NCBI GenBank assembly: GCA_963779415.1 | Contig: CAVZYA010000001.1 | Location: 1,536,001 to 1,600,000, forward strand | Reading direction: 5' to 3' | Length of the DNA: 64,000 nt | From: an uncultured Acidobacteriota bacterium | Lineage (GTDB): Bacteria > Acidobacteriota > Thermoanaerobaculia > UBA5066 | In this document: positions 1-9,197 of the stretch, one piece after another | Position numbering within the stretch: position 1 is the stretch's first letter | Layout of the letters: each line of letters begins with the position of its first letter | Translations under genes and position numbers: made by a program | Notes under the pieces: model-generated | Databases searched by the model: none | The model's input: the letters and a program-made list of their open reading frames with translations, nothing else | What the model was told of the DNA's origin: nothing

Positions 1-146
1 GAATCAGATTCTCGCTCAGTGCATGTCTTTCTTCCTCCGATCGAGGTGCGCGGAAGCGGCATCCGGCGGAGCGTGACAAGATGCTGAAAGGGCTTTAACC
101 GCTGTACTTGTCATCCGGTTATTTCTTGACGTGTCGAGGGCCCGCG

Positions 147-428
147 ATGACTGAGCGAATAGTGCCGGAGAAACTGCTCGTCGTGACCCCGTCGGTCGAG
201 GCGCGGTTGAGCGACCGGCAAAAGAGGATCCTCGGACAGGCCCTTCGAGCTGGCTCCGTCAGCCGGCGATGGTGCGTAGCGGAGTTCGGGGTGGCTAATG
301 ACACGGCTGGCCGCGACCTCAAGTCGCTGACAGAACGTGGTTTACTTGTGCCGCAGGGGAAGGGACGAGCCGTCCGATACGTGCCCCCACTCGTATCGGA
401 ATCGACCGGCAATCGACCGGCTCGGTGA
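147..428 (+). CDS. Small winged-HTH protein (resembles the C-terminal HTH of Fic/RecG-like regulators); possibly a truncated remnant
   Basis: LSDRQKRIL...VAEFGVANDTAGRDLKSLTERGLL..GKGRAVRY is a typical wHTH pattern; ATG at 147; stop overlaps the next ORF (GTGA). Confidence 0.6.
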   Translation: MTERIVPEKLLVVTPSVEARLSDRQKRILGQALRAGSVSRRWCVAEFGVANDTAGRDLKSLTERGLLVPQGKGRAVRYVPPLVSESTGNRPAR

Positions 429-490
429 GGAAACCGACAGATGACGAATCGACCGAGAACCGACCGACCGATCGCCCAAATCGACCGATG
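399..490 (+). repeat. Cluster of short AA(T/C)CGAC(C/A)G repeats
   Basis: gaatcgaccg, aatcgaccg, aaccgacag, aatcgaccg, aaccgaccg, aatcgaccg within ~90 bp. Confidence 0.55.
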
Positions 491-652
491 AGAGCAGACG
501 GCTTCCCACGCTCTGATGGCGCCGAGGCTGCGCCGCAAGTTCGGGAGCTTCAGTTCCCGGAGGCGGGTGACGGGCCGATGGTAGCCGCATATGGCAGCGA
601 CCGGCACGTTGGCCGCCTCGAAGACGAAACACGGGAGGGGAACATCGGATGA
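425..652 (+). CDS. Hypothetical 75-aa low-complexity ORF linking HTH and SIR2
   Basis: Start overlaps the upstream stop (GTGA 425-428) and stop overlaps the SIR2 start (ATGA 649-652); no recognisable domain. Confidence 0.3.
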   Translation: MRKPTDDESTENRPTDRPNRPMRADGFPRSDGAEAAPQVRELQFPEAGDGPMVAAYGSDRHVGRLEDETREGNIG

Positions 653-1846
653 CCGACGAACAGACCAACCAGGGCAGCAGGGCGGCGCTTCGCGTCCTCT
701 CGGCTGCGACCGGCGGCAACTGGGTGCCGTGCTCCCCGCTCCCAGAAGATGACGAGGTCACGCGTCTCCAGGCGACCAAGAATGGTGAGAGGCTTGATCA
801 GCTCCTGACGGACATCTTGGTTTCCCAGAATCTTGCGGTCTTAGCTGGCCTCGGTACAACCATGTGCGTAAGAGCGCCGGGCGCCGCAACCTCGCCGCCA
901 TCAATGGCAGATCTGTGGCACGCGGCCGCTACGGAAGCAGGAGCAGCATTCGAGAACATCAAGTTGAAGGTCCGCTACACAGCCCCTGCCGAGGGCGACA
1001 ATATCGAGGTGCTCCTCTCCAATGCCAGCTGGCCAGGCCCTTGATCCGTCTGAGGAAGTCAACGCGTTCATCACCGCGACAGAGGCGCTTATCGTAAGCC
1101 GATGTCGGTTTGTCTCACCGACCACTGAACGAACGACAAACAAAGCGTTCCTTCGTAAGGTAGCACGCCGATCCACTCGACTGCCGCGAACCAAAGTATT
1201 TACCACAAACTACGACCTCTCCTTTGAGACCGCGGGAAGCCATGCGCGGTTTACAATCGTCGACGGGTTCTCTCACACCCAGCTTCAGGAATTCGACGGC
1301 AACTACTTCACCTACGACCTCGTTCGCAGAGAACCGGACCGTGAGATCCCGGACTATATTCCCAACGTCTTCCACCTGCACAAAATCCACGGTTCTGTCG
1401 ACTGGGAGCTTAGGGATGATCAGGTCATCAAGACCACTGACGCTTCGAAGCCCCTCATCATTTATCCACGTCACAGCAAGTTCGAGGCGTCATACAACCA
1501 ACCCTTCATCGAGATGATGTCGCGGTTCCAGCTCGCACTCCGACAGCCGAACACCGGTCTGTTCGTGCTGGGGTCCGGCTTCAATGACACTCACATCTGG
1601 CAGCCGTTGCTGGCGGCGGTTCGCTCCAATGTAAGTCTAAAGGCCGTGGTCGTCGACCCGGCGTTGCCGCAGTCCACGAAACCCCCGGTTACGGAGATCA
1701 AGAAGCTCATCGCGGCAGGAGACTCGCGACTTGTTCTGATCGCCGGCGGGTTCGAAGCCTTCGTCCCGGTCCTGCCCGATCTCGTCGTGGCCACGGAGGA
1801 GGAGCGCCACCGAGAGCGACTCCGTTCGAAGGACACGACTCGGTGA
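649..1846 (+). CDS. SIR2-like (SIR2_2) NADase of a Sir2-HerA system; frameshifted near 1020-1035
   Basis: N-terminal part LAVLAGLGTTM (Rossmann loop); C-terminal part FTTNYD, IVDGF, LHKIHGSVDW, GSGFNDTHI; adding two single C bases restores ...LLSQCQLAQALDP... Confidence 0.8.
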
Positions 1847-3642
1847 GTTCAACCCTTCCTTTTTATCCCTTCGATCCCCAGCGTTGCATCGGAACGATCT
1901 CGGAAATAGGACCATCTTCCGCTACAGCCAACCTGCCGAACGCCAGCAAGCCCGACGGCCAGTCGCTCTACGGCGATAGGCTTGGGGCCGGTGAAGTCGG
2001 GGAGTTCGTCGTCGTGGAGTGCCGTGATGTGGCCATCTTCGGGCGCATTATTTCCGTTCGTCTGCCGGAACGGGAGCGTCGGAGTGTGGAGGCAGAGCTC
2101 GGCGTTCGACAGGATGCTCATCCGCTAGGCACGATCCAGCTCCTAACGACGATCTCGCTGAGGGGCGGCGAGGTACTCGGGGGTATCGCGCGGTACCCGC
2201 GACTTGGCAGCAAGGTCTATGCCGCTCATCCGGCCCTGGTTAAGTGGGTAGCAGAGTCGACCCAGCGCGCTAAACATCTAAAGAACCCGATTTCGCTGGA
2301 TCTCGCTTCTCTTCCGACCGCCAACGGCACGATCGTGAGTATCACTCCCGAACGCATCTTTGGCCGCCACTGCGCCGTCCTCGGCGCTACAGGCGGTGGG
2401 AAGAGCTGGACCGTGGGCCGCTTGATAGAGGAGCTTACTCGGTGCAAAGGAAAGGTCATCCTTTTTGATCCGACCGGCGAGTTCCACACCTTTTCAACTG
2501 GAGTTGACCATGTTTACATTGGCGCTGGCCAAGCAGAGCCAGCCACGGCTGGAGAGGTCGTGGTGCCTTACCGGGAACTCACAGAGGCTGATCTGTTCGC
2601 GCTGTTCAAACCCAGCGGTCAAACGCAGGCGCCAAAGCTCCGCGCAGCGATGAAGAGCCTCAAGTTGGCGAAATTGGCGGGCCCCCGATTCGCCCCTGCA
2701 GGGATTGTAATCAAGGCCGAACAGAAGAAGGAGAGAATCGAACGCGAGTATGCCAAGTATGCGGCGGCAATTGAGAGTCCCGTGGCTGATTTTGAAATCT
2801 CGAAGCTCACGCAACAGATCCTCGAGGAGTGTGTATGGCCCTCCGGCGGAAGTCAATCGGCTCCTGATTTCGGTGTCTGGGGAAGGGCTAACGAGTCCGA
2901 GAAGAGCTACTGCATCACCCTTATCACTCGCATCGAGGACATGCTGCAGGCGGTCGAGCTCGGGTGCGTGTTTCAGCCTGGCGGGAAGCCCCGGCTGACG
3001 TCTGCGATTGACGCCTTCTTGAAAGATTCAGGGAGAAGCGTACTGCGGGTGTCGCTGAAGTACCTACCGTTCGCCCACAATGCCCGCGAGATTGTCGCCA
3101 ATGCTGTCGCTCGCTACCTACTGTCTCTGGCGAGAACCGGTCGGTTTAGAAGCCAGCCATTGCTCGTCGTCTTGGATGAGGCTCACCAGTTTCTGGACAA
3201 GAACCTTGGTGACGAGAGCACAAGGTATCCCCTCGACGCGTTTGAATTAATCGCGAAGGAGGGGCGCAAGTTCTCGTTGAGTATCTGCATCGCGACTCAG
3301 AGGCCCCGAGACATTCCAGAAGGAGTTCTGAGCCAAATGGGTACCCTGATCGTCCATCGGCTCATCAACGACAAAGATCGGGAGGTTGTGGAGCGTGCAT
3401 CGGGCGACATCGACCGTTCAGCGGCTGCGTTCCTACCCACGCTGGGACCTGGCCAGGCAGTGATAATCGGAGTGGACTTTGCAGTACCGCTCTCGATCCA
3501 AGTCTCGCCCCCTGACCAAAAGCCTGACTCGCAAGGACCGAACTACCAGAAATGCTGGGGGATGAGCGAAGGGCCGGCGACCGATCGACAGGAGGCCGGG
3601 CCGGACGTCGAACTAGGGCCGGGGGACGAACCGTTGTCGTGA
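1843..3642 (+). CDS. herA: HerA/DUF87 family ATPase with N-terminal HAS-barrel
   Basis: Walker A GATGGGKS, DPTGEF, Walker B VVLDEAH, KEGRKF, ATQRP; GTGA overlap with SIR2. Confidence 0.9.
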   Translation: MSSTLPFYPFDPQRCIGTISEIGPSSATANLPNASKPDGQSLYGDRLGAGEVGEFVVVECRDVAIFGRIISVRLPERERRSVEAELGVRQDAHPLGTIQLLTTISLRGGEVLGGIARYPRLGSKVYAAHPALVKWVAESTQRAKHLKNPISLDLASLPTANGTIVSITPERIFGRHCAVLGATGGGKSWTVGRLIEELTRCKGKVILFDPTGEFHTFSTGVDHVYIGAGQAEPATAGEVVVPYRELTEADLFALFKPSGQTQAPKLRAAMKSLKLAKLAGPRFAPAGIVIKAEQKKERIEREYAKYAAAIESPVADFEISKLTQQILEECVWPSGGSQSAPDFGVWGRANESEKSYCITLITRIEDMLQAVELGCVFQPGGKPRLTSAIDAFLKDSGRSVLRVSLKYLPFAHNAREIVANAVARYLLSLARTGRFRSQPLLVVLDEAHQFLDKNLGDESTRYPLDAFELIAKEGRKFSLSICIATQRPRDIPEGVLSQMGTLIVHRLINDKDREVVERASGDIDRSAAAFLPTLGPGQAVIIGVDFAVPLSIQVSPPDQKPDSQGPNYQKCWGMSEGPATDRQEAGPDVELGPGDEPLS

Positions 3643-3660
3643 TAATAGTCTGCGTTTGTT

Positions 3661-3882
3661 GGGGTCGTGTCTCTGTTATCAATTATAGGACCAGGCCACG
3701 TCCCGTTGGGCCGCCGGGAAGTGGTGTCTATCCCGTCGTCGCGCTATCGTCAGGACCAGCAGTACCGGAGCCGCAGGGGTCGTGTCTCAATTATCCATTA
3801 TAGGACCAAGCCACGTCCCGTCGGGCCGCCGGGAAGTGGTGTCTATCCCGTCGTCGCGCTATCGTCAGGACCAGCAGTACCG
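3661..3882. repeat. Tandem direct repeat, 2 x 107 bp (period 115 bp)
   Basis: 3661-3767 and 3776-3882 differ at 5 positions; both begin GGGGTCGTGTCTC. Confidence 0.95.
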
Positions 3883-3910
3883 AAATCGTGACGAAGGGCG
3901 GGCATCCCGA

Positions 3911-4399
3911 ATGAATCCTGACGGTAGAGCGGTACGGGAATTCCTGAGGCACACGGTGGCGACCCTCGCCTACCGGGGAGGGAAGGCGATCCGTGGGGCT
4001 CCGCCGTCGTTCGCGGGGTTCCGGGCGAGCCCGACGACGCGCACGCCGGGCGAGGTCCTCGCGCACGTCTGCGATCTTCTCGACTGGGCCCTCCGCTTCT
4101 GCCGAGGCCAGCACCTCTGGAAAGACTCGACCCCGCAGGAGTGGGAGGCCGACTCGAAGAGATTCTTCACGGCGCTCGGGAGCTTCGATGCCTATCTCGC
4201 CTCGGACGACCCTCTCGGCGTCGGGGTGGAGAAGCTCTTTCAGGGACCGGTGGCCGACGCGCTCACCCACATCGGCCAGATCGCGCTGCTCCGGCGGATG
4301 GCAGGCTCGCCCGTCAAGGGAGAGAACTACTTCAAGGCCGAGATCGTGGCGGGATCGGTGGGCCCGGAACAGCCCGCCCCCCGGGTCGAATTCGACTGA
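3911..4399 (+). CDS. DinB-like hypothetical protein
   Basis: LRHTVATLAYR...LAHVCDLLDW...DALTHIGQIALLRR, DinB/YfiT-like His pattern. Confidence 0.7.
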   Translation: MNPDGRAVREFLRHTVATLAYRGGKAIRGAPPSFAGFRASPTTRTPGEVLAHVCDLLDWALRFCRGQHLWKDSTPQEWEADSKRFFTALGSFDAYLASDDPLGVGVEKLFQGPVADALTHIGQIALLRRMAGSPVKGENYFKAEIVAGSVGPEQPAPRVEFD

Positions 4400-4635
4400 A
4401 AGCGAATTTCTTCCGGCGGCACGAGAAGCCGGCCCTCCCCGGTCGCACGCGCCGCGCGACAGATTTCAGCAGGGGTTTTCGAGGCAGGACGCCGTTTTTT
4501 TGTCGGATTCGGGCTGCAGGACGGTCCTGCCGGGCGGCGCGCGCCTTGCATCGGCCCTAAAAAGAACGCCCGGGAATCGGGTTTGGGGTTGCGGCGGTCG
4601 ACGGGTGAAACCGTTTAAGGGAGGGTTATCGTCCC

Positions 4636-5073
4636 GTGCCGATTGGAGGCCCCTCAGGCTTGCGCCCCGCAGAGGCGTCAGAAGAGTCCCTCTCCCTTCA
4701 GTTGCGGGTCCCCGAGGTCCTTCACACGCCCGATCCCACGAGTAGCGGCGCAAGCGGCGGCCTGATCGTCCATGTAGAGATCCGGAACCGGACGCCCCGC
4801 GTCTGGGAGGCGGTGTCACGCACCGGCCCCCTTCTCGAGGTGGTCGTTCTGGAGTCGGACGGCACCGAGCGGCCCCTCGTTCTCCGCCAGCTCCCGATGC
4901 TGGCATACCCGGCGAGCCTCGAGCCGGGGCGTGGCTTTCTACTCCCCGTGCGCATCGTCCTTTCGGATATCCCGGAAACGGGGGCGAGCTACCGCCTCCG
5001 GATCCGCATCGAACCCGGAACGGAGGAGACGACCGGTACCCTCCGTTTCGATCCGCGCCCGTCGCGCGGCTGA
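4636..5073 (+). CDS. Hypothetical protein, beta-rich (Ig-like)
   Basis: AAGGAGG upstream of the GTG start; alternating hydrophobic beta-strand pattern. Confidence 0.5.
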   Translation: MPIGGPSGLRPAEASEESLSLQLRVPEVLHTPDPTSSGASGGLIVHVEIRNRTPRVWEAVSRTGPLLEVVVLESDGTERPLVLRQLPMLAYPASLEPGRGFLLPVRIVLSDIPETGASYRLRIRIEPGTEETTGTLRFDPRPSRG

Positions 5074-5094
5074 GACCCGAGGAGGTTTCGGCTC

Positions 5095-5499
5095 TTGCCG
5101 CATCGCCCACCCGAGTTCTTCACCGCGCCCGACCCGGCGCTCGCGCGTCTTCCGTTCTCCGAGGCCGTCCGCGCCGGGGAGTTCCTGATCCTCTCGGGCC
5201 AGATCGGGAACGTCCCCGGCACGCTTGCCCTGGTTCCGGGCGGGATCGCCGCCGAGTCGAAGCAGGCGATGGAGAACATCAAGGCCGTCCTCGAGCGGCA
5301 CGGCGCGTCCCTGGACGACGTCGTCAAATGCACGGTCTTCCTCGCGGACGTGAGCGAGTGGGGCGCCTTCAACGAGGTCTACAGGACCTTCTTCCCGAAG
5401 CACTTCCCCGCGCGAAGCGCGCTCGGGGCCAGCGGCCTCGCGAAGGGGGCGCGGGTCGAGGTGGAGTGCGTGGCTTACGCGCCGGACGCGAGGCGCTGA
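5095..5499 (+). CDS. RidA/YjgF family protein
   Basis: PFSEAV, LSGQIG, VVKCTVFL, FNEVY..FF..HFPARS, VEVEC. Confidence 0.9.
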   Translation: MPHRPPEFFTAPDPALARLPFSEAVRAGEFLILSGQIGNVPGTLALVPGGIAAESKQAMENIKAVLERHGASLDDVVKCTVFLADVSEWGAFNEVYRTFFPKHFPARSALGASGLAKGARVEVECVAYAPDARR

Positions 5500-5508
5500 C
5501 TCCCCGGC

Positions 5509-6480
5509 TCAGCCGATCGCCGCGCCGAAGCGCCGGACGATCGCTCCGGCGCTCTCGACGGAGCGGATCGTCGCGACGCTTTTCCCCGCCTGCCAGAAGT
5601 CCTTCGAGGACGCCCCTTTCATCGAGGCGTTCTTCAGCTGGAAGGCCGACCGGATCGAGTAGATCGCGCGCATCCAGTGCTTCGTCCGGTGCCCCGAGAG
5701 CATCCACCGTCCGATCGGGCCCGCCTTCGTCCCCATCCTCTCCACGAACGGCGTCCGGATTATCGAGAGCGGCACGCCCGTGATCCGCTCGGTCAGGACG
5801 ATGTCCTGCTCCTCGGCGCCGAGGATCGCCTTCTTGTAGTCGGCGTGTGCCGTGCATTCCTCCGTCGCGATGAAGCGGGTCCCCATCTGGACCGCCTGAT
5901 AGCCGAGATCGAGCATCGCCTTGAACTCGGCCTCGCTCCCGACGCCTCCCGCGCAGACGAGCGGGACGCCGAGATTCGAAAGTTCCGTGAAAAGCTCCTG
6001 CGGCGTCTTCCGCCCCGCGTGCCCGCCGGCGCGGCTGTTGACGCAGATGAGACCGTCGACCCCCTCGGCAATCCCTTTTTCGGCCCACTTCCGGTCGACG
6101 ACGTCGTGGAAGACGACGCCGCCCGCCGCGTGGGCGCGCCGGACGACCCAGTCGGGGTTCCCGAGCGCCGTGATGAAGAAGCGGATTCCGGCTTCGAGAG
6201 AGGCTTCGAGATATTCCTCCATCCGTTTCCGGTAGACGGCCGAGAGCGACTTCTCGGTCAGGATGTTCAGGCCGACGGGCTTCTTCGTCAGGCTCCGGAT
6301 CCGCTTCAGCCCTTCCCGGAACTCCAGCTTGTGGACGTAGACGAGCGAGAGAGGCTGGATGATCCCGAGTCCCCCGGCTTCCGACACCGCGGCGACCAGC
6401 TCCGGGTTCGAGCAGGGATACATCGGGCCGCAAAGAAGCGGAATCTCGACTCCGGCCATCTCCGTGAAACGGTTCTTCAT
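5509..6480 (-). CDS. Nitronate monooxygenase / FabK-like flavin oxidoreductase
   Basis: LVAAVSEAGGLG, AGGH, CAGGV, VQMGTRFIAT.E. Confidence 0.88.
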   Translation of the reverse strand: MKNRFTEMAGVEIPLLCGPMYPCSNPELVAAVSEAGGLGIIQPLSLVYVHKLEFREGLKRIRSLTKKPVGLNILTEKSLSAVYRKRMEEYLEASLEAGIRFFITALGNPDWVVRRAHAAGGVVFHDVVDRKWAEKGIAEGVDGLICVNSRAGGHAGRKTPQELFTELSNLGVPLVCAGGVGSEAEFKAMLDLGYQAVQMGTRFIATEECTAHADYKKAILGAEEQDIVLTERITGVPLSIIRTPFVERMGTKAGPIGRWMLSGHRTKHWMRAIYSIRSAFQLKNASMKGASSKDFWQAGKSVATIRSVESAGAIVRRFGAAIG

Positions 6481-6571
6481 CCGGAAGAACCCTCGCTTTC
6501 AAAGGCGGGCGGATGTTACGGCAGCGACGCGAGCGCGGCGTCTACAATCTCTCCCAGCCTGGATGTCGACG

Positions 6572-7486
6572 ATGAGACGTCCTCCCCGCCTGATCGCTCT
6601 CGCCGTTCTCGTCGCTTTTTCGCCGCTCGCCCTCGACGGCTGCGTCTCGGTCGGCGTCGAGCAGAGGCCGGCCCCTGCCGCCGAGGAGGCCGAGCACGCC
6701 TCCGGCGACATCGAGGTCTTCATCTACGAGACGCAGGGAGACAAGGACGCCTCCCGTCTCGTGGCCTACCCCGTCCTCTCCGAGATCTTCCGCGTCGAGG
6801 AGACGGGTGAGTCGCTCGTCGGGCGGTCGATGTCGGCCATGTGGGCGATCAACGATCTGACGCCCGGCCGCTATCGCGTCTCGGTGAGGAAGCGGATCAC
6901 GCCCGAGGGCGACATCGAGCCGCTCAAGGACCCCCAGGGCAAGACCTTCGACGTCGCGGCCGGGAAGGAATCGACGCTCCGCATCGTCCTGAAGAAAGTC
7001 CCGACGGGCTGGATCGTCCTCGGAGTGATCGCGGCGGCGGCGCTGATCTACTTCTCCGTCGACGCCGCATCGCACGGGAAGCTGCCCCCTCTCCCGCCGA
7101 TCCCGCCCGACGTCTTCGTCGGCGTCGTCCTTCTCGCAACGCCGGCCGCGCGGGCCGACGGGCCGGCGCCTACGGCGGCCGACGTCTTTCCGGCCCCCGG
7201 CTCGGTCGTCGCGGCCCGGAAGGTGACCGTCAACTTCCTCGTCGGCACGCCGCTCGCGCCGAACGGCATCGACGCTGACGCCATCCTCGCCCTCGGCTCG
7301 CTCTCGGGCGAGCTGCCCGGGACGATCTCCTATCAGGCCGAGGACCAGCTCCTCCGCTTCGCCCCGGACCGGAACTTCACCCCCGGGGAGAACGTGACCG
7401 TCACGCTAGACCTCGAGAAGGTGAAGGGCCTCGGCGGCCGCTCCGGCGAGGGAAAGGTCTCGACGACTTTCCACGTCGCGAGGTGA
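6572..7486 (+). CDS. Putative lipoprotein with internal TM segment and C-terminal Ig-like domain
   Basis: Signal peptide ending LDGC; TM WIVLGVIAAAALIYF; C-terminal FPAPGS...LRFAPDRNFTPGE (Big_5-like). Confidence 0.65.
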   Translation: MRRPPRLIALAVLVAFSPLALDGCVSVGVEQRPAPAAEEAEHASGDIEVFIYETQGDKDASRLVAYPVLSEIFRVEETGESLVGRSMSAMWAINDLTPGRYRVSVRKRITPEGDIEPLKDPQGKTFDVAAGKESTLRIVLKKVPTGWIVLGVIAAAALIYFSVDAASHGKLPPLPPIPPDVFVGVVLLATPAARADGPAPTAADVFPAPGSVVAARKVTVNFLVGTPLAPNGIDADAILALGSLSGELPGTISYQAEDQLLRFAPDRNFTPGENVTVTLDLEKVKGLGGRSGEGKVSTTFHVAR

Positions 7487-7487
7487 G

Positions 7488-8732
7488 TCACTTCTTCCCG
7501 GCAATCTCCTTGACGCCTTCGACGAGCCGGTCGACCTCCTCCCCGTTCGTGTAGCAGGCGCAGCCGGCGCGGACGAGGCCGTCGGCCGCGTGGCCGAGAC
7601 ATTTCACGAGGGTGGTCGCGTAGAAGTCGCCGTGTGTGACGAAAACACCTCGCCTCGCCAGCGCCGCGGCGACGTCGCCCGACCCGTGCCCCCGGACCGC
7701 AAAGGCGACCGTCGGAGTCCGGGGTGCTCCGGGGAAAGGCCCGTAGAGCGTGACGCCCGGAACGGCCCCGAGTCCTTCCCACATTCTCTGAAAGAGCGCC
7801 TCTCCCCTCGCGTGGAGCGCCGCGAACGTCCGGACCAGGCAGGCCCGGCGCTCTCCCGACCCCGCGAGCGAGGCGAGAAACCCGACGGCCGCTCCCGACC
7901 CGACGATCCCCTCGTGGTTGAGGGTCCCCGTTTCGAGCCGCTCCGGCGCCGCGTCGGAGGCGGGCTGAAGCTTCGGCACGTTGAGAGACGCGAGCAGGTC
8001 CCCCCGCCCCCAGAGGACTCCCGTGTGCGGGCCGTAGAACTTGTAGGGCGAGCAGGCCAGAAGGTCGGCGCCGAGCGCCCTCACGTCGACGAGGACGTGC
8101 GGCGCGTAGTGGACGGCATCGACGAAGACGAGGGCCCCGCGCGCGTGCACCGCCGCCGCGATGCGGGCCACGTCATTGATCGTCCCGACGGCGTTCGATG
8201 CGCCGCCGACGGCGACGAGGCGCGTCCGTCCCGTCAGCAGCCGCGGCAGGGCCTCGAGATCGAGTTGCGCGGTCTCCGGGAGGACCGGGATCGCCTTGAC
8301 GACGATCCCCTTCTCCTTTTCGAGCGCCCGCCATGGGTCGACGTTCGCGTGATGGTCCAGCTCCGTGACGACGACCTCGTCCCCTTCCCGCCACCCGCGG
8401 GCGAGGGCGCGTGCGACGTGAAAAGTCAGCGTCGTCATGTTCGCGCCGAAGGCGATCTCGGCGGGGTCGCCGCCGAGGAACTCCGAGACGGCGGCCCGTG
8501 CGCCGGCGAGGAGCGCGTCGGTCTCCTCGCTCGTCGGATACCTCCAGTGCGTGTTCGCGTTGTGGCGGAGCAGGTAGTCGACGACCGCCTCGGCAACCAC
8601 GCGCGGCACCTGCGTCCCTCCCGGGCCGTCGAAGTAGGCGATCGGACGCCCGCCGCCCCGACGCTCGAGGGCGGGGAAGTGGGCACGGATCGCCTCGACG
8701 GAGAGGACGCCGGCCTCGCGGGAAGAGGTCAT
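7488..8732 (-). CDS. Cysteine desulfurase-like aminotransferase class V
   Basis: YFDGPGGTQVP, LDHHANVDPW, VDAVHYAPH, CSPYKFYGPH. Confidence 0.9.
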   Translation of the reverse strand: MTSSREAGVLSVEAIRAHFPALERRGGGRPIAYFDGPGGTQVPRVVAEAVVDYLLRHNANTHWRYPTSEETDALLAGARAAVSEFLGGDPAEIAFGANMTTLTFHVARALARGWREGDEVVVTELDHHANVDPWRALEKEKGIVVKAIPVLPETAQLDLEALPRLLTGRTRLVAVGGASNAVGTINDVARIAAAVHARGALVFVDAVHYAPHVLVDVRALGADLLACSPYKFYGPHTGVLWGRGDLLASLNVPKLQPASDAAPERLETGTLNHEGIVGSGAAVGFLASLAGSGERRACLVRTFAALHARGEALFQRMWEGLGAVPGVTLYGPFPGAPRTPTVAFAVRGHGSGDVAAALARRGVFVTHGDFYATTLVKCLGHAADGLVRAGCACYTNGEEVDRLVEGVKEIAGKK

Positions 8733-8765
8733 CGAATCCGATTATCCGCCCGATAATCGAAGGGG

Positions 8766-9197
8766 ATGAGGCTCCGGCGACTCGCGCTCCTCCCGCTTCT
8801 CGCGTCTCTCGCGGCGCTTCTCCCGATCGCCGCGGTTCGGACACGGACCAACCTCTCGGTCGGTCTTCGGGGCCTTCGCGACGACGAGTTGACCGCGCGC
8901 CGGCGTGTCTGGGGCGACGCCTACGTCGAGGCGGTCGAGAAGATCCGGCGCGCGATTCCCGAGGGGGCCGAGTACCTGATCGTCGTGGAAGGCCGCCCCG
9001 GAACGCCCGATATCGTGGCCTACGACCTCGCGCCCCGGCGGCCGCTCTACCTTCCGGGGGTCTTCACGGCGGACGAGCTGCGCCGGGCCGGACCGCCTCC
9101 GGGCGCGCCGCCGTGGGTCGTCGTGGCGGTCCGGGCGACGAACCCGCCGCGGCTCTACACGACGGAGGAATTCTTCGGCAGGGCGGCGCTCCGATGA
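8766..9197 (+). CDS. Hypothetical exported/membrane-anchored protein
   Basis: N-terminal hydrophobic segment; ATGA overlap with the next gene. Confidence 0.6.
   Translation: MRLRRLALLPLLASLAALLPIAAVRTRTNLSVGLRGLRDDELTARRRVWGDAYVEAVEKIRRAIPEGAEYLIVVEGRPGTPDIVAYDLAPRRPLYLPGVFTADELRRAGPPPGAPPWVVVAVRATNPPRLYTTEEFFGRAALR

Noticed and set aside
3661-3882. CRISPR array or integron attC interpretation of the tandem repeat
   Set aside because: Only two 107-bp units, no unique spacers, no cas or intI gene, no clear attC R''/R' boxes
3782-3910. N-terminal extension of the DinB-like ORF and small ORFs 3552-3891
   Set aside because: They are translations of the tandem repeat; the conserved-looking protein begins at ATG 3911
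4400-4635. Possible riboswitch/ncRNA in the intergenic region
   Set aside because: No recognisable conserved motif by eye; would need an Rfam search
8411-9193. Long Arg-rich N-terminal extensions in ORF-track calls (also 15219, 22929, 23258, 34037, 47478, 57603)
   Set aside because: High-GC open-frame artefacts overlapping real genes; downstream starts have RBS, overlap or signal-peptide support
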